A stretch of DNA of 64,000 nt from a virus: IMG/VR virus record IMGVR_UViG_3300048575_000503. The stretch is one strand, 5' to 3'. Numbering within the stretch: position 1 is the stretch's first letter; the number at the start of each line of letters is the position of its first letter. The position numbers were made by a program, and so were the translations under genes. Shown here piece after piece: positions 47,101 to 56,210 of the stretch. The notes under the pieces were generated by a model. The model was not told where the DNA came from, did not search any database, and saw only the letters and a program-made list of their open reading frames with translations.

Positions 47101-48070
47101 CTGTTTGAGCCCCCCGCACGTCTCGACGTTTGCTCCATCGGTCGAGTGCTTGGGCGAATGCATCGCTAGGCCTCAACCCACCATGCGATAGCACAACCTT
47201 TCTGCGAGCGTCGAGCGTGACAGCTTCAATTTCCGAGAATGTTTCTCCCTGAAACATCCTAACGAAGCTGTCAGAGGTTACGCCTAGCTGCCCAAGAGTT
47301 GTCTCCGTCCTGAGAAACCATTCTCGTAGTTCGGCTACTCCCGGCTTGGGAAGCTCGACCCGTATCTCGAACCTGCGCCAGACTGCCCGGTCAAGGAGTT
47401 CGGGATGGTTGGTTGCGCAAACAACAACACAACTGCTAGGGAGGGCATCCATGTTCAACAGTAAGGAACTGACGACCCGTTTGATCTCTCCGGTCTCGTG
47501 AGCATCCGCCCGCTCTTTGGCGACGCTATCGAATTCGTCGAAGAAGAGAACGCAAGGTGTCCGCGACACGTAATCGACGACAGACTGGAGTCTAGAAGCG
47601 GTCTCTCCCAGGTAGCTTCCAACCAAACCATCATAGCGGACTGTGAAAAACGGTAGAGCAAGTTCGGTGGCGATGGTCTCGGCAAGACTGGTTTTCCCAG
47701 TGCCGGGCGGGCCAACTAATAAAGCCGTGTGACGTGGCTCAAGCGAATGGGAACGCAACAGAGCGGTTTGCCGGACTTCGTCTATCAGTTCATGTATCTC
47801 GCGCAGGATCTCCTTCCCTAGAACAAGCTGCGACAGTCGCCGCGTTGGCGCTATCTCTCGAAGTAGCGGCTGGAGGCTTTCCGGCAGCATGTTCGGACCT
47901 CCACCGTAGAATCGCTTTGGCGACTGCTCACGATCCTGGGGTCGGGCTATAGCGCTCTCTAGCTTGTTCCGGCGATGGGCCTCTTCGATCAAAGATGTCA
48001 GGACATCACGGGTCGAATCGCCATTCCCATTGTCCGGTCCTGGCTTGTGAACCGTCGTTTGTTTGGCCAT
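46991..48070 (-). CDS. AAA+ ATPase (IetA-like)
   Basis: Walker A GPPGTGKT, Walker B LFFDEFD, ATN sensor, RAVWRRF; overlaps protease start. Confidence 0.93.
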   Translation of the reverse strand: MAKQTTVHKPGPDNGNGDSTRDVLTSLIEEAHRRNKLESAIARPQDREQSPKRFYGGGPNMLPESLQPLLREIAPTRRLSQLVLGKEILREIHELIDEVRQTALLRSHSLEPRHTALLVGPPGTGKTSLAETIATELALPFFTVRYDGLVGSYLGETASRLQSVVDYVSRTPCVLFFDEFDSVAKERADAHETGEIKRVVSSLLLNMDALPSSCVVVCATNHPELLDRAVWRRFEIRVELPKPGVAELREWFLRTETTLGQLGVTSDSFVRMFQGETFSEIEAVTLDARRKVVLSHGGLRPSDAFAQALDRWSKRRDVRGAQTDGTGADRKNKSRARKAVANKGTAGEIPEGDLLGKTD

Positions 48071-48400
48071 TGAACCTTCCCTTGCCGCTGACAGGTATAC
48101 AGCTTCCGACTACTGTGACCCATCGACCCTAACATAATTAACGATTGCTGGGCGGCACGCAAGTTGATCGGAACGGGACAAATAGCCTGTACACCGCCAT
48201 CCTACCGTTGGTTTCGGTATGTTGCAAACTGCCCAAAAGCGTGTGTGGAAGGTGTGATTTCTCCGCTATTGATGCCATTATGCCCGCTTTGTATGCGTGG
48301 TTTCGGAGTTCGGGAATCTCTCCGAAAAAAGGGCAGCCACCTTACGGGTTTGTTCGATGCCGTCAGTTTGCTATGTGCTCGGAGCTGTCTGCAGTTCCTC

Positions 48401-49714
48401 TCAGATTCCCACTCTATCGAACCGGTAGACCGCCCCTTCCAGCACCATTCTAGCTGCCTCCAGCGTATGTCCCCTCCCGTACTTCTCTCGGTCGAACCTA
48501 TGTCCCATCAGGTCCGCCTGCATGCGCTCCGGGGCGCCGACGTCGTTGAGCCGGTCCTGGAAGCTGTGACGTAGCGAGTAGAGGCTGTGGCGCGGGCTGG
48601 GCAGGAGGTCGTTCGCTCTCAGGAACTTGTTGACCGCCGTCGACAGCGACGCGTTGCGGCCGAAGTAGCGCTCGACGCCGTTAGGTGCCTCTTGCGCCGC
48701 CAGAAGCGACACGCCGACGAGGGGGATGACGCGGTCGCGAAAGGCCGTCTTCTGCTCGGCGCCCATGCGGCTTGCCACGTGGACGTAGGGCACTTCGTCG
48801 AAGGCGTGGATGTCTTCCGGCCGCAGAGAGCAGATCTCCTCGGCGCCCATGCCGGTCTCGACCGCCAGATAGAACGCGATGCGCGCATCGCGGTTGAGCC
48901 CCTTGAGGGCGTCGGGCGCCAGGAGCTTGGTCTCCACCCACTCGCGCGTGAAGCTCTCGCGCCGGGCCTTCATCTCGCGGATGGTCAGGCCGGCGAACGG
49001 CGCCCCGACGTCGATGCGGAGTTCGTCGGCGATGCGGGAAAGCATGGCCGCCACCTGTCCGATCTGCTTGTTGGCCTGGTTGGCGCCGGCGCCGTCGGCC
49101 GCCTTGACTTTGTCGGCCCACCATCCTTGGAACAGGCGCGCGTCCTCGCGGGTTATCTCGCCGATCGGCTTGTCGCCGACCACGGCGACGAAGTTGGCGA
49201 CGGCGAGCCGGCGGGCGTTGGTCCAGCGGCGGATTTGTTCCGGCCGCTTGCCGATGTGCTCGGCCGCCATGAGCCGGGCGTACTCATCGACCATCTCGGA
49301 GGCCATGACGCGCGGTTGCGTCGCGCCGCCGAGCAGGGCCTTGCGCGCCGATCGATCGCCGGGGCGATCCATAAGCGACCGCACGCGCCGGACGATCTCG
49401 TCTTCCGGCCCGGCCGCCAGGACGTCGGCCGGCCGATAGGCGAAGCCTTCCAGCCGGGCGCGCTCGACGGCCGCGTTGTACCGTCCCCATGCGCTGTCGC
49501 CTTCACCGGCGAGCAGGGCGGCCCATAGCTGTTCGAGCTTCTCCTCGAACTCGGCCGCCTTGCGGGCGGCGTCCGCCCGGTCGGCGGTGCCGAGCGACAC
49601 CCTGACGATCTTGCGCGGATCGAGGTGGGCGATGGCTTTTGGAGGCCGTCGGCGATAGAAAAATATTCCGCCTCTTAGCCAAATCCGTTCGAAAGGGGCT
49701 TTGCCGATTGTCAT
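48401..49714 (-). CDS. Tyrosine integrase of prophage 1 (first catalytic Arg reads Gly)
   Basis: FYRRRPP arm domain; TGMGAEEI; KT; YSLRH; LMGH; KYG. Confidence 0.9.
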   Translation of the reverse strand: MTIGKAPFERIWLRGGIFFYRRRPPKAIAHLDPRKIVRVSLGTADRADAARKAAEFEEKLEQLWAALLAGEGDSAWGRYNAAVERARLEGFAYRPADVLAAGPEDEIVRRVRSLMDRPGDRSARKALLGGATQPRVMASEMVDEYARLMAAEHIGKRPEQIRRWTNARRLAVANFVAVVGDKPIGEITREDARLFQGWWADKVKAADGAGANQANKQIGQVAAMLSRIADELRIDVGAPFAGLTIREMKARRESFTREWVETKLLAPDALKGLNRDARIAFYLAVETGMGAEEICSLRPEDIHAFDEVPYVHVASRMGAEQKTAFRDRVIPLVGVSLLAAQEAPNGVERYFGRNASLSTAVNKFLRANDLLPSPRHSLYSLRHSFQDRLNDVGAPERMQADLMGHRFDREKYGRGHTLEAARMVLEGAVYRFDRVGI

Positions 49715-49724
49715 GGCGGGGACC

Positions 49725-49758
49725 GTGTATCCCAGTTTGTGTCCCGCTTTGTATCCCA
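49725..49758 (+). repeat. Three 12-bp-period direct repeats (integrase arm-type sites)
   Basis: TGTATCCCA / TGTGTCCCG / TGTATCCCA between integrase 1 and att core. Confidence 0.65.
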
Positions 49759-49849
49759 CTTTCGAGGGGGATTGCCAAGAACGAATGTCGGAACTTGCGC
49801 TAATATATTGTTTTTATTGACGAATTAGCGGCAAAAGAGCGTTGATTTT

Positions 49850-49866
49850 TGGCTGGGGTGGCAGGA
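49850..49866 (-). other. att core: duplicated 3' end of tRNA-Gln
   Basis: Minus strand TCCTGCCACCCCAGCCA fits tRNA positions 60-76 with C71, A72, G73 and CCA; match stops in the T-loop. Confidence 0.75.
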
Positions 49867-49938
49867 CTTTAATCCAAGGCGATAGTTTGACCATAAATTT
49901 CAATAACATACTGATTGTATTTGCCTTTTAGGCGCCGG

Positions 49939-49963
49939 ACTGCTACACATAACTGCTACACAT
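49939..49963 (+). repeat. Direct repeat ACTGCTACACAT x2 (arm-type sites of integrase 2)
   Basis: Identical 12-mers at 49939 and 49952. Confidence 0.6.
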
Positions 49964-49986
49964 TGCATGAACAAATGGTGCACAAG

Positions 49987-51747
49987 ATGGCGCTGGCGAC
50001 GAATATCATAAGGCGATCTGGATCGGCTCAATACTACCTTAGGGTGCGTGTTCCGACCGATGTTCAAGAGGCTGTCGGCCGCCGCGAAATCTGGAAATCA
50101 CTCGGCACGACAGACCCCACGGAAGCCAAGCGCCGCTCACGTGCCGAGCTGGACGTGCTGGACCGTGAATGGCAGGACATCCGAGCAAGCGCCAAGATCG
50201 AGCCTGCCGTTGTCGAGCAAGCCATCTGGAACCGCTACATTGAGCTGATCGAAGCCGATGAACGCTTTCGGCTCGAAACGCCGACCGAAGACGAGTTGGA
50301 TGATATCTGGCGCCTGCTGGTTAAGGAATTCGGCGATCACGACATGGAGGCGTACGGTATTTTACAGACGATCCGACAACGCGCCGACGACGATCGCAAG
50401 GCAAGGGCGGCTCGCCTCGCGACCGTCAAGGCAGCGATCGTGCGTAACAACCCGGCGCCAGTCGCCGAGGTTGCGGCCTCCGTTCTGCCGGCGCAGGGGA
50501 AGTACGTCGACAAGGCGTCGACCGATTACAAGCGTTTGGCAACCGGCCTGATGCGCGCCGAGGTCGAAGCCATTACGCGCACCGCTGAACGCGACCAAGG
50601 CAATTATTCCGGCGCGCCGCGTGACCCCCTTGTGAGACCGCCCAAGCTAGCGCCAGTCGCCGCGCCGGGCGAAACGCTGCTAGAGCTGTTTGAACGCTAC
50701 GCCGAGGAAAATGTGGCAGCGATCAAGCCCGACACTCTGCACCAAGCGCGCCAGTCCGTTGAGCTGTTTGTAGACTTCGTTGGGCGGAAGTTCCCCGTGA
50801 GTTCGCTTGATCGAAAGGTAGCGGCGAAGTGGCGTTCGCAACTTTTGCGGTATCCGGTCAAGGCAACGGAAACGAAGGCGTTCGCGGGAATGAACATGGT
50901 TCAGACCATCGAAACGAACGAGAAGGTCGGTAAGCCGGCGATCACAAAGCGCACAGTGAATCGCTACCTGTCCGGCCTTGGCGCCTTCTGCAAATGGCTG
51001 GTTTCTAGCGGCTATATCGCCGCATCGCCTTTGACCGACATGCACCTAGAGGTCAGCAAGAAATCGCGAAAGCGCCCCTTCACCGTCCCGGAAATGAACC
51101 GCCTGTTCGGCGAAGCACCCTTGTTCACGGGGTGCGCCACGTCAGACCGGATCGGTGATCCGGGCGAGTTCTGTGTCTCGGACCATCGATATTGGTTGCC
51201 GCTGGTGATGGCGTTCTCAGGCTGTCGACCTGCCGAGATCGCACAGCTTACGGTCGGCGACGTTCGGCAAGAGCATGATGTTTGGATCATGCATGTGACC
51301 GACGCCGACGATGAGCAGTCAGTGAAAACGCCGGGTTCGAAGCGCATCGTTCCGGTTCATTCTGAACTGATCCGGCTCGGCTTCATAGCCTTTTGCCAGC
51401 GACAGGCCGAACGCGGTTTGGCACGCATCTTCCCGGAAGCCGAACGCAACTCGCGTGGGCAGCTAGCGGCGACGTTCAGCCGCGACTTCACGCGAACGGT
51501 TCTCAAAGGCATCGGGTTAGACAAAGCGGGCGAACTGAGTCTCTACAGCTTCCGGCATGGCTTCGTCGATGCGCTCCGGCGTGCCGGCTACCTCGACGAA
51601 CAATTTGGTTTTCTTGTCGGGCATGCGAAGGCAAGCACAACAGGTTTATATGGCGTGATTCCGCAGGGAATGTTGCAGCAACGCGTTGAAATGATTGAGA
51701 AGGTAGCTTATCCCGGCCTCGATATTTCGCATTTATATCGCTCATAA
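49987..51747 (+). CDS. Tyrosine integrase of element 2
   Basis: YYLRVRVP arm domain; GCRPAEI (R), VKT (K), YSFRH (R), LVGH, GLYG (Y); start could be 49975. Confidence 0.92.
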   Translation: MALATNIIRRSGSAQYYLRVRVPTDVQEAVGRREIWKSLGTTDPTEAKRRSRAELDVLDREWQDIRASAKIEPAVVEQAIWNRYIELIEADERFRLETPTEDELDDIWRLLVKEFGDHDMEAYGILQTIRQRADDDRKARAARLATVKAAIVRNNPAPVAEVAASVLPAQGKYVDKASTDYKRLATGLMRAEVEAITRTAERDQGNYSGAPRDPLVRPPKLAPVAAPGETLLELFERYAEENVAAIKPDTLHQARQSVELFVDFVGRKFPVSSLDRKVAAKWRSQLLRYPVKATETKAFAGMNMVQTIETNEKVGKPAITKRTVNRYLSGLGAFCKWLVSSGYIAASPLTDMHLEVSKKSRKRPFTVPEMNRLFGEAPLFTGCATSDRIGDPGEFCVSDHRYWLPLVMAFSGCRPAEIAQLTVGDVRQEHDVWIMHVTDADDEQSVKTPGSKRIVPVHSELIRLGFIAFCQRQAERGLARIFPEAERNSRGQLAATFSRDFTRTVLKGIGLDKAGELSLYSFRHGFVDALRRAGYLDEQFGFLVGHAKASTTGLYGVIPQGMLQQRVEMIEKVAYPGLDISHLYRS

Positions 51748-51815
51748 ACACCCTAAAAACGCACGAAAACGCCCCTAAAACACGCAAAAACGCGTCAAAA
51801 AGCACATAAAACGCA
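51746..51815. repeat. Phased A-tract array (AAAA-CGC/CAC)
   Basis: A-tracts start at 51746, 51755, 51766, 51777, 51786, 51797, 51808. Confidence 0.75.
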
Positions 51816-51892
51816 CATTAGTTATTGCGTATATTAGAATAAAAGAGCTATCCTATTATCGATTTAAGTGATCAATAATAGGTAATTCATTC

Positions 51893-53137
51893 GTGTCGTA
51901 TATTTCTAAAATCAGGGATTGGCTAAGCGGACCGACTGAAACCAAGTCGTTCACAACGACAAGCGGCTGGACTGACTTGCTCGCCTACGCTCCGACAATC
52001 AGCGGCGCCAACGTCTCGCCCGAAACAGCGATGCGCGTTCCGGCGGTCAAGGCCGCCGTCGAGCTGATCGCAACGACCGTTGGAACCCTGCCGGTCAAGG
52101 TTTATCGTCGTCGAGATGGCGGCAAAGAGGTTGCCAGCGATCACGTCGCCTATCGTCTCGCCCATGACGACGGGAACGCTTGGACCTCGGCGACGGCGTT
52201 CCGCGCTGCCCTGACGACTGACGCTTTGCTTCACGGTAACGGCTACGCTGCTGTGACTCGCGCGTTTGACGGTCGCCCGCTCGAACTGATCCGCCTCGCG
52301 CCTCGCGCCGTATCGATCGAAACCGATAGTCTCACCGGCGAACCTCAGTATCGCGTTACGCTGGCGTCAGGCGGACAGCGCGTCTATCCGCACACCGAGA
52401 TTATTCACATCGCGGCGCCTTGTCCGCCAGATGGCATCACCGGCGTTGCCCCGATCACTCTTTGCCGCGAAGCCATCGGCCTCGCTTCGATCCTCGAACA
52501 GCACGCGGCGCAGCTTTTCGCCCGTGGCGCTCGTCCGTCTGGTGCTCTTCGCATGCCGGGCATTCTGACTCCGGAGGCAATGGAGCGCCTTAATTCTAGC
52601 TGGAGCGGTGCGCATTCCGGGAACAAATCTGGCGGGACTGCCATCCTTGAAAGCGGTACTGAGTGGCAGCCGATCACCTTCAACAGCGTCGACGCACAGT
52701 TCGCCGAGATGCGCGCGTTCCAGCTTGGCGAGATCGCCCGCGCTTTCCGCGTGCCGCCCGCCTTCTTGATGGACTACAGCCGCGCCACTTGGTCGAACTC
52801 CGAACAGATGGCCCGGCAGCTTATCGACTTCACCCTGAAGCCATGGCTCGACGCTTGGGAGTCAGCCTATCGCCGCGTCCTGCTGGCCGACGACGAACGC
52901 GCCGACTACAGCATTGAATTCGTTCTCGATGAACTGCTGAAGGGCGACACCGCCGCGCGTGCTGCCGCATATGCGCAGTTCCGTAGTGCTGGCGTCTACA
53001 CCGCCAACGAAATTCGCGCCCTCGAAAACCTGCCCTCGCGCCCTGACGGCGACGAACTCGGCAACCCCTACACATCCGCCACCACCGGGCCGACTTCAAA
53101 TTCGCCCGCGCCAACAACGGATAGCGGCAATGCTTGA
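51893..53137 (+). CDS. Portal protein (HK97 family)
   Basis: AMRVPAVKAAVELIA.TVG.LP, LLHGNGYA, FARGARPSG, IARAFRVPP, YTANEIRALENLP. Confidence 0.95.
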   Translation: MSYISKIRDWLSGPTETKSFTTTSGWTDLLAYAPTISGANVSPETAMRVPAVKAAVELIATTVGTLPVKVYRRRDGGKEVASDHVAYRLAHDDGNAWTSATAFRAALTTDALLHGNGYAAVTRAFDGRPLELIRLAPRAVSIETDSLTGEPQYRVTLASGGQRVYPHTEIIHIAAPCPPDGITGVAPITLCREAIGLASILEQHAAQLFARGARPSGALRMPGILTPEAMERLNSSWSGAHSGNKSGGTAILESGTEWQPITFNSVDAQFAEMRAFQLGEIARAFRVPPAFLMDYSRATWSNSEQMARQLIDFTLKPWLDAWESAYRRVLLADDERADYSIEFVLDELLKGDTAARAAAYAQFRSAGVYTANEIRALENLPSRPDGDELGNPYTSATTGPTSNSPAPTTDSGNA

Positions 53138-53462
53138 TACCTCAATCACGCGCTTTTTTGGCGATGCGAACTATTCGTTCAGGCTCACAGCGCCGATGAT
53201 CACCGAGCTTGAGCGCCTGACCAGTCGCGGCATTGGCGCCGTTTATCGCCGCATGCTCGGTCTTGAATGCAGCCATCAGGAAATTGTCGAAGTTGTTCGG
53301 CTTGGCCTGATCGGTGGCGGACTCGACCCCGAACGCGCCGCCGCTCTTTGCGCTGCTTATGCGGCACCGGCGCCGATCGCCCGCACTTACCAGCTTGCCG
53401 TTGACGTGCTCGACGCCGCTTGGAACGGCACCGCGAAGGATTCCACCGATGAACAGAATTGA
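53130..53462 (+). CDS. GTA gp10-like tail assembly chaperone
   Basis: FFGDANYSFRLT...ELE...IVEVVRLGLIGGG. Confidence 0.75.
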   Translation: MLDTSITRFFGDANYSFRLTAPMITELERLTSRGIGAVYRRMLGLECSHQEIVEVVRLGLIGGGLDPERAAALCAAYAAPAPIARTYQLAVDVLDAAWNGTAKDSTDEQN

Positions 53463-53949
53463 GTTCAAGTCCGCATTTTCTGTCGATGAAACCGGCGTCA
53501 TTGCCGGCACCGCTTGGCCGTTCGGCACGCCTGATCGCGTTGGCGATCTGATCACCAAGGGCGCCTTCGGGCAGATCGCCGCGCCGCTTCCAATGCTGTT
53601 CGGACACAATCCGGACGACGTTGTAGGCGTTTGGGAGTCTGTCGCCGAAGATGATGTTGGCCTTCAGGTTAAAGGTCGGCTTCTGGTCGATGATATCCCA
53701 CGTGCTGCCCAAGTTCGCGCCATGGTGACGAAGGGTGCAATTAGCGGCCTTTCGATTGGCTTCCAGATCAAGAGCGCCAAGCCGCGCACTGGTGGCCGGA
53801 CCATTACCGGCCTTGACCTCTTTGAAATTTCCCTTGTGAGCATTCCCGCTCACCCCGGCGCCCGCATCACGGTCGCCAAAGACGCCTCGGAAGCGATCGC
53901 AATTGCCGAGGCAATTAACCGGGCTGCGGCCCATTTCCGGAAAAACTGA
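53449..53949 (+). CDS. HK97-family prohead protease
   Basis: DRVGDLITKGAF, MLFGHN, GLSIGF, LFEISLVSIPA. Confidence 0.93.
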   Translation: MNRIEFKSAFSVDETGVIAGTAWPFGTPDRVGDLITKGAFGQIAAPLPMLFGHNPDDVVGVWESVAEDDVGLQVKGRLLVDDIPRAAQVRAMVTKGAISGLSIGFQIKSAKPRTGGRTITGLDLFEISLVSIPAHPGARITVAKDASEAIAIAEAINRAAAHFRKN

Positions 53950-53958
53950 GTAATTCTA

Positions 53959-55125
53959 ATGTCTTATTATTTTGACCCGAATGAATTTGTTCTGAAGTCC
54001 GCCGAAGGCGAGACCGAGGAAAACATCGTCACGAAGGCGCTTGCCGACCTTCAGAAGAGCGTCGATGACCGCCTGAAGGCTGTCGAGACCAAGGCCGCTG
54101 ACATTGACGCTGGCAAGCTCACGGCTCGCCTCGACAAGCTCGAAACGAAACTTGCTCGTCCTGCTGTCATCACCGGCAATTCCGCCGGCAACGTCGAGCG
54201 CAAGGCGTTTGACACAATGCTTCGGCGCGGCGAACTGCGGATGAGCGCCGATGAAGTGAAGACATTGACCGTCGCCAGCGACGCTGCCGGCGGCTACCTT
54301 GCGCCTGACGAGATCGGTTCGGAGCTGATCAAGCTTCTTCGCGTATTCTCTCCTATTCGGCAGTACGCCCGCGTCGTGTCGATCGGTGGCGATGTGATCA
54401 AATATCCGCGCCGCGCGTCAAGCACGTCGGCCACATGGGTTAGCGAGATCGCTGCCCGTACCTCGTCGGAAATGTCGTTCGAACAGGTGGCGATCACCCC
54501 GTTTGAACTCGCCACCTACACCGACCTCTCAAATCAGCTGCTGGAAGATAACGCCTATAATCTCGAAGGCGAGCTTCTTGCGGATTTTGCCGAGAGCTTC
54601 GGCAAGGCTGAGGGCGCGGCGTTTGTCGGCGGCACCGGCACCGGCCAGCCGAAGGGGCTTCTTAGCGCGTCCGGCATCACCGAAGTTAAAACCGGTGTTG
54701 CTGCGGCGTTCCCGACCACCAACCCGGCTGATGTTCTCATCGGTATGTTTCACAAGCTGCCGGGCGTGCATGCTCAGAATGCCGTCTGGATGATGAATCG
54801 TACCACGCTCGGCGCACTGCGCACATGGAAGGACGGTCAGGGTCGTTACCTTGTGATCGATCCGATTGCCGATGGCGCCGCGACCACGCTTCTTGGTCGG
54901 CCGATCGTTGAAGTCGTTGATATGCCGGATATCGCGGCGAACGCCTATCCGATCGTTTTTGGCGACCTTCAGGGCTACCGGATCGTTGATCGCGTCGGCT
55001 TCACCACACTTCGCGATCCCTACACCCTCGCGAACGTCGGGCAGACTCGCTTCCATGCTCGCAAACGTGTCGGTGCCGACATCACGCACCCAGACCGTTT
55101 TGTGAAGCTGAAGGTTTCAGCCTGA
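53959..55125 (+). CDS. Major capsid protein (HK97 fold)
   Basis: Coiled delta domain; DAAGGYLAP; SNQLLED; AFVGGTGTGQPKG; LLGRPI; FGDL. Confidence 0.95.
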   Translation: MSYYFDPNEFVLKSAEGETEENIVTKALADLQKSVDDRLKAVETKAADIDAGKLTARLDKLETKLARPAVITGNSAGNVERKAFDTMLRRGELRMSADEVKTLTVASDAAGGYLAPDEIGSELIKLLRVFSPIRQYARVVSIGGDVIKYPRRASSTSATWVSEIAARTSSEMSFEQVAITPFELATYTDLSNQLLEDNAYNLEGELLADFAESFGKAEGAAFVGGTGTGQPKGLLSASGITEVKTGVAAAFPTTNPADVLIGMFHKLPGVHAQNAVWMMNRTTLGALRTWKDGQGRYLVIDPIADGAATTLLGRPIVEVVDMPDIAANAYPIVFGDLQGYRIVDRVGFTTLRDPYTLANVGQTRFHARKRVGADITHPDRFVKLKVSA

Positions 55126-55132
55126 TCCTAAC

Positions 55133-55170
55133 AGCGCCCCGGCATAATCCGGGGCGCTATCTTCCTTTTT
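55133..55170 (+). terminator. Terminator after capsid gene
   Basis: AGCGCCCCGG-CATAAT-CCGGGGCGCT then T-rich tail. Confidence 0.7.
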
Positions 55171-55191
55171 GTTCTCAGGATTTTTGTAAAA

Positions 55192-55632
55192 ATGTCAGAT
55201 GTTTCTACTGCTGCTAATACTAAGGTCTATGTCGGTGGCGTGACCACGACGGTTACCAGTGCCGCCCTTATTGCCGATACATACGTTGAAATCGTTCAGG
55301 TTTCGGGCGTTGATCGCATCGGCGAGAACGTCGAAACGGTCAAGTACCGCACGCTGTCTGCTGCCCGTGAAAAGATTCTCCCCGGCATCCTCGCTGCCAG
55401 CGAAATCAAGCTGACCGTCAATCGGGATTCGACCGACGCCGGCCAGACTGCCCTCAAGGCGGCTTTCAACGCCAAGGCAAACCACAACTTTAAGGTCACA
55501 TATCCATCGGGCCTCGACTATTACTTTAGCGGCCTTGTGACCTCATGGGAAGACGCTCCGGGTGATGGCTCGAAGGTGGTCGAGACAACCTACACGATTG
55601 CCCAGAACTCAGACCTGTTCGAGGTGGCGTGA
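55192..55632 (+). CDS. Non-contractile tail tube protein
   Basis: YVEIVQV..V..IGE...G...DAGQTALKAA...NFKVTYP...YFSGLV pattern. Confidence 0.8.
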   Translation: MSDVSTAANTKVYVGGVTTTVTSAALIADTYVEIVQVSGVDRIGENVETVKYRTLSAAREKILPGILAASEIKLTVNRDSTDAGQTALKAAFNAKANHNFKVTYPSGLDYYFSGLVTSWEDAPGDGSKVVETTYTIAQNSDLFEVA

Positions 55633-56207
55633 TCATGTTGGGCGACGAGATAACCATCACCTATGATGACATGACCGTTCTTTGTCGCCCAACCCTCCGG
55701 GCGGCAATGAGCTTGAACCACCAGTACGGCCTTGCCGCCCTGATGAATGACGTACTCATGGGCAGTCTCACGGCTATCCGCCGCGTCATCGCAGCGACAG
55801 CCGACAGCCTCGACGTTCTCGGCTACCTCGACGCGCCAATTCCGGTGTCGCGGATTCTGGCAAGGATGCAGCCAGCCGTTTACCGGCTTCTGTTGGCAAT
55901 GACTGGCGCCGATGAGAAGCCGGGCGACGAAGACAGCGAAGGCGAGCCAATGTCATTTGCTGACTTTCTTGAGCAGCTTTTTAGCATTGGCACCGGCTGG
56001 CTTGGCTGGACGCCAGAGACGACGTGGGAAGCCACTCCGGCCGAAATCCTTGCCGCCTATCGTGGCCTGATCGCCAAGCTTGAAGCCATTCACGGCGTGC
56101 CGGACGACAAGCCAAAAAAGAAGCGCGACAGCCGCCCGCTGGACCGACAGTTTGAGGACGTGTTTGCCGGCTGCAAGGTTGTCCATATTGACAAGAAGGC
56201 AGTCTAA
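55629..56207 (+). CDS. Tail assembly chaperone with in-frame C-terminal extension domain
   Basis: LCRPTLRAAMSL N-domain; LFSIGTGWLGWTPETTWEATPAEI C-domain. Confidence 0.7.
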   Translation: MIMLGDEITITYDDMTVLCRPTLRAAMSLNHQYGLAALMNDVLMGSLTAIRRVIAATADSLDVLGYLDAPIPVSRILARMQPAVYRLLLAMTGADEKPGDEDSEGEPMSFADFLEQLFSIGTGWLGWTPETTWEATPAEILAAYRGLIAKLEAIHGVPDDKPKKKRDSRPLDRQFEDVFAGCKVVHIDKKAV

Positions 56208-56210
56208 GCA

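Larger units (their letters stand above)
1..49866. mobile_element. Temperate prophage 1 (lambda-like head, P2-like contractile tail); left end outside window
   Basis: Continuous lysis, tail, head, packaging, replication, immunity and integrase modules, ending at a tRNA-3'-end att-like sequence. Confidence 0.95.

Noticed and set aside
49840-49930. Complete tRNA gene
   Set aside because: Match ends in the T-loop; the adjacent sequence does not form anticodon or D arms
51746-51815. CRISPR array (here or at the other short repeat clusters)
   Set aside because: Units are 5-12 bp with no 25-45-bp repeats or unique spacers; no cas genes
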